A DNA stretch of 28,994 bases from a virus (lineage: Duplodnaviria; Caudoviricetes): IMG/VR virus record IMGVR_UViG_3300014208_000107, positions 1 through 28,994 of that record; one strand, 5' to 3'. The notes under the pieces were generated by a model. That model saw only the letters and a program-made list of their open reading frames with translations, was not told the DNA's origin and ran no database searches. Shown here piece by piece: positions 26,059-28,994 of this stretch (positions are counted from its first letter, which is position 1; the number at the start of each line of letters is the position of its first letter). A program made the translations under genes and the position numbers.

Positions 26059-28994
26059 ATGGGTTACGCTGATATCATACGCAACAATTTTGTTCGCAAC
26101 ATGGTTGAAAATGAAGATAAGAAGAACGAATTGCTTGCTAATCCAATGCACACTGATTTAGCATTAGCTCAATTAAGCAGATCGGCTATGCCTGAAAGTA
26201 AAGCTGCGAAGATGGCAGCCAATGCTAACTTTGATAAGGCTATGCTTGCTATACCTGAAGGTGACCCAAGGCGTCTTGTGTTTGAAGGACTGCGTGAGGA
26301 TATGCCTAAGATATTAAGAGGTGGGTATGGAGTAGCACCAGAAACAGCAATCCTAAAAGAAACTCAACGAAGGCTTGGTAATGCTAAGGAAGATACTTAT
26401 AAGTATGTTCAAAGTCAAGAAGGTATATGGGGAAAGAAAACTGCAAAGCCTGAAGGTTATGATGAGTGGAGTGTAGCTAATCCTACATTTGCTGGTGTAC
26501 CTATTGCTGCTAGTAGAGGTGCAGCATTTGGTGTTGGCAGTGAACTGGCAAGTATGCCTATACTAGAGCAAGCATCTAGGTTAGCCTTACGAGGTTCAAA
26601 GTTAGCTAAACCACTTGGTATGGTTGGAAGATTCTTAGCAATGAATCCTATTGCTTCAAAGAGTCCTATGATTAAACTTGCAGGTGCAGCACTTATGGGA
26701 GCAACAGCATTCGCTGGTGAAGAAGCTATTGCTACTGGTGCAGCTAAAGCAGGACATCCTCTTAGCACACTTGAAAGACTTGCTGTTGGATTACCAGTGT
26801 GGATGGGTGTTGGTAAACTAGCAAGAATGGGAGAAGGTGCAGTAGAAAGGGAAGGTGCTAAGTTAGCTAGTCAACTTGGAAGTACAGCAGACTATAATGG
26901 AGTTAAAGCAACTAATGAGTTTATAAGAGGTAAGAGTGGTAACCTTGCTCCTAAACCTCCAGTCACAAGAGAGGATCTCAAAGCAGCACAAGATGCTATG
27001 GATTTGAGTAGCGGACAGAAAGCTGCTCAAGCTGCTAAGATGGAATCATATAAGAAGCTATCTACCAGAGATTTAGAAGAGATTACTTTACATCCTGAGA
27101 ATGCAGAAGCGATTAAGAAGGCAGCTTTTGAAAGAAATGCTGCTGAGGATATAGCTAAGACTGCTGCTAAAGATGAAGCAATGAAGCAGGACATTGTAGA
27201 TAGAGCTGCAGGGATAAGGACAACAAATCCTGGAATGACAGCAGAGGAATTTCTTGAACTTGCAAGAAGGAAAGTTAATCCAAATACTATTGAAGCCTTA
27301 GATGATTTAAATTATCTTAGAGATACAGTAGGATACACTCCAGATACTCTTGCAGCTATGACTCCTTCTGAGAGAGCAATCAAACGAGCACTGTGGGAGC
27401 AGCACTCTAATTATGCTGGAACTAAAGCATTAACAATTAGAGATGAAATACTTCCACCCGCAATTCAAAGTTCTAAAAAGACTATACTGACTAATCCTAC
27501 TATCAATAGAAGTGAGAATGGTTCAGTTATATATGGCGGTTCTGAGAACTGGAAAGTTGGTAAAGGATTACCTGCAACAGGCAGTACTCCACTTACCAAG
27601 ACGATACAGCAATTATCATCTGCAAACAATCAAGATGCTATAACAAGAATTAAACAAAGAATTACTGACAGAGCAAAGGCAATTATTCCTGACATAACAA
27701 TGAGTCAGAAAGAACAAGCTGGTGTCATTACCCACAATCTTAAAACACAAGCACTTGCTAAAGACCAGGCTACTCTCGTTGCAGAAACTGAGGAAGTTGG
27801 TAAGAGTGTACTTGAAGGTGCCAAGACTATTGATGAAAAGATTAGTAACTTAAACAGACTTGCTACTCAGTCATATGATAGAGCAGTAGAGATATTAAAT
27901 AAGCATGGTATGGCTGGCAACACAGATGCTTCTAACATACTTAGAAATACACTTACTAAAGTTCAAGACTCTTTGAAGTCTATGATACCAGTTAAAGAAT
28001 TAGAAACTCGTAATGCTAAAGTTGTTGAAGATGAACTTAGCCAAATGATAAGTGGCATGGGAAGTACTGGTTCACCTACTGGTAGAAAGTTATCCAGTTT
28101 CACTGCTGAGTCTACAGCAAAACAAAAGAAAGAAGAATGGTATAAAATCTTTGGACATAAGGAAAAGATATCTCCTGAAGAATTTAAAGCAAAGGAAGAT
28201 AAAGTTACTGCGTGGATGGAGAAGTGGGGCAAGCCTGCTGGTATTGCAGGAGCAGGACTCGTATCCTTTGGTTCTTTGTTTCCTTCCGATGCTGATGCAG
28301 CTCCTTTTGGAAATCCTGCAACAGTAGTTCCTGGTGGTTTGAAAGATCTCATTGTTAACTCTGGTAAGGCAGTTGATGAAGTTGTACAGAAACTAGTTGA
28401 AGGTGGATTCGGTCCACCTAAGATAAGTGCAGATGGACATGCAATGGACTGGTTAATGAGATCAATGTCTTTTGCTCCAAAGAATGCTAACATCTTTCCA
28501 AGAACTAAAGTAAATTTCTTCGATAAGATTTCTTCTCCACATATGAGAGATGATATACATATGGATGCTAGGTATGCTGATGGTACACGAGCACCATTTA
28601 GCATGGCTAAAGAAGTTGGTTATAGAAGTCAAGTTATATTAGCTAATACAGATGCATCATTGAAGGTTGTCAATAATATACTTAAAGATGCGGGCATTGA
28701 ATCTCAGTTAGATGATGTATCAGCATTATTCAAACCACTCGTGGATAAGTATCATAAGCAAGTTAACTTAGAGAATCCTTTCTGGCATGGTGAAGTTGAA
28801 GCTATGGATAAGGTTCTTACTGGTAAGTTTAACAGTGAATCAGATACAAGCCTTAAGAAACTAAGTAAGTTCATAAAGATATCCAAAGGTGATCTCAGTG
28901 GATTAGATGCGGAAGATAAAGCAATGTATGAGGAAGTACTAAAGCGTAAGCAAATTGCTTTAGATAAACTTGAAGAACTTAAACCTACTCTTGA
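26059..28994 (+). CDS. large (>978 aa) putative internal virion/DNA-ejection protein, truncated at window edge
   Basis: AAGGAG RBS; translated by hand with no stop to the end (MGYADIIRNNFVRN...); Gly/Ala hydrophobic stretches; absent from the ORF track. Confidence 0.8.
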   Translation, partial: MGYADIIRNNFVRNMVENEDKKNELLANPMHTDLALAQLSRSAMPESKAAKMAANANFDKAMLAIPEGDPRRLVFEGLREDMPKILRGGYGVAPETAILKETQRRLGNAKEDTYKYVQSQEGIWGKKTAKPEGYDEWSVANPTFAGVPIAASRGAAFGVGSELASMPILEQASRLALRGSKLAKPLGMVGRFLAMNPIASKSPMIKLAGAALMGATAFAGEEAIATGAAKAGHPLSTLERLAVGLPVWMGVGKLARMGEGAVEREGAKLASQLGSTADYNGVKATNEFIRGKSGNLAPKPPVTREDLKAAQDAMDLSSGQKAAQAAKMESYKKLSTRDLEEITLHPENAEAIKKAAFERNAAEDIAKTAAKDEAMKQDIVDRAAGIRTTNPGMTAEEFLELARRKVNPNTIEALDDLNYLRDTVGYTPDTLAAMTPSERAIKRALWEQHSNYAGTKALTIRDEILPPAIQSSKKTILTNPTINRSENGSVIYGGSENWKVGKGLPATGSTPLTKTIQQLSSANNQDAITRIKQRITDRAKAIIPDITMSQKEQAGVITHNLKTQALAKDQATLVAETEEVGKSVLEGAKTIDEKISNLNRLATQSYDRAVEILNKHGMAGNTDASNILRNTLTKVQDSLKSMIPVKELETRNAKVVEDELSQMISGMGSTGSPTGRKLSSFTAESTAKQKKEEWYKIFGHKEKISPEEFKAKEDKVTAWMEKWGKPAGIAGAGLVSFGSLFPSDADAAPFGNPATVVPGGLKDLIVNSGKAVDEVVQKLVEGGFGPPKISADGHAMDWLMRSMSFAPKNANIFPRTKVNFFDKISSPHMRDDIHMDARYADGTRAPFSMAKEVGYRSQVILANTDASLKVVNNILKDAGIESQLDDVSALFKPLVDKYHKQVNLENPFWHGEVEAMDKVLTGKFNSESDTSLKKLSKFIKISKGDLSGLDAEDKAMYEEVLKRKQIALDKLEELKPTL

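Noticed and set aside
26059-28994. N4-like virion RNA polymerase
   Set aside because: No polymerase motif recognised in the visible 978 aa, and early genes have sigma70-like promoters; the unseen remainder could change this

Overview
AT-rich (roughly 35-37% GC by eye) segment of a tailed dsDNA phage (Caudoviricetes), probably podovirus-like. No bacterial genes, integrase, tRNA or CRISPR array are visible. The window spans the divergence point between two arms. Positions 1-2.5 kb hold leftward small early-type genes with sigma70-like promoters and a ~750 bp non-coding control region. From 2.7 kb to the end runs a long rightward late arm: HTH protein (TerS candidate), a 498-aa enzyme-like protein coupled to TerL, TerL, lysis cassette (membrane protein, M15 peptidase, 3-TM holin), P22-like portal, scaffold, DUF4043/N4-gp56-type major capsid protein, paralogous decoration proteins, adaptor/nozzle, many beta-rich repeat/fibre proteins, a coiled-coil protein and a >978-aa truncated ejection-type protein. 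The most notable signal is a 27-bp palindromic motif, AATCAATGTCAA-N3-TTGACATTGATT. It is clustered in the control region and recurs every ~4-6 kb through the late arm, both at gene junctions and inside coding sequence, suggesting a stoperator-like or genome-organising protein-binding system. Other notable features are a 63-bp inverted-repeat pair in the control region and a promoter-boxA-stem-gene-terminator cassette laid out like lambda pL-N. All protein calls rest on motif recognition and gene order, not on database searches.
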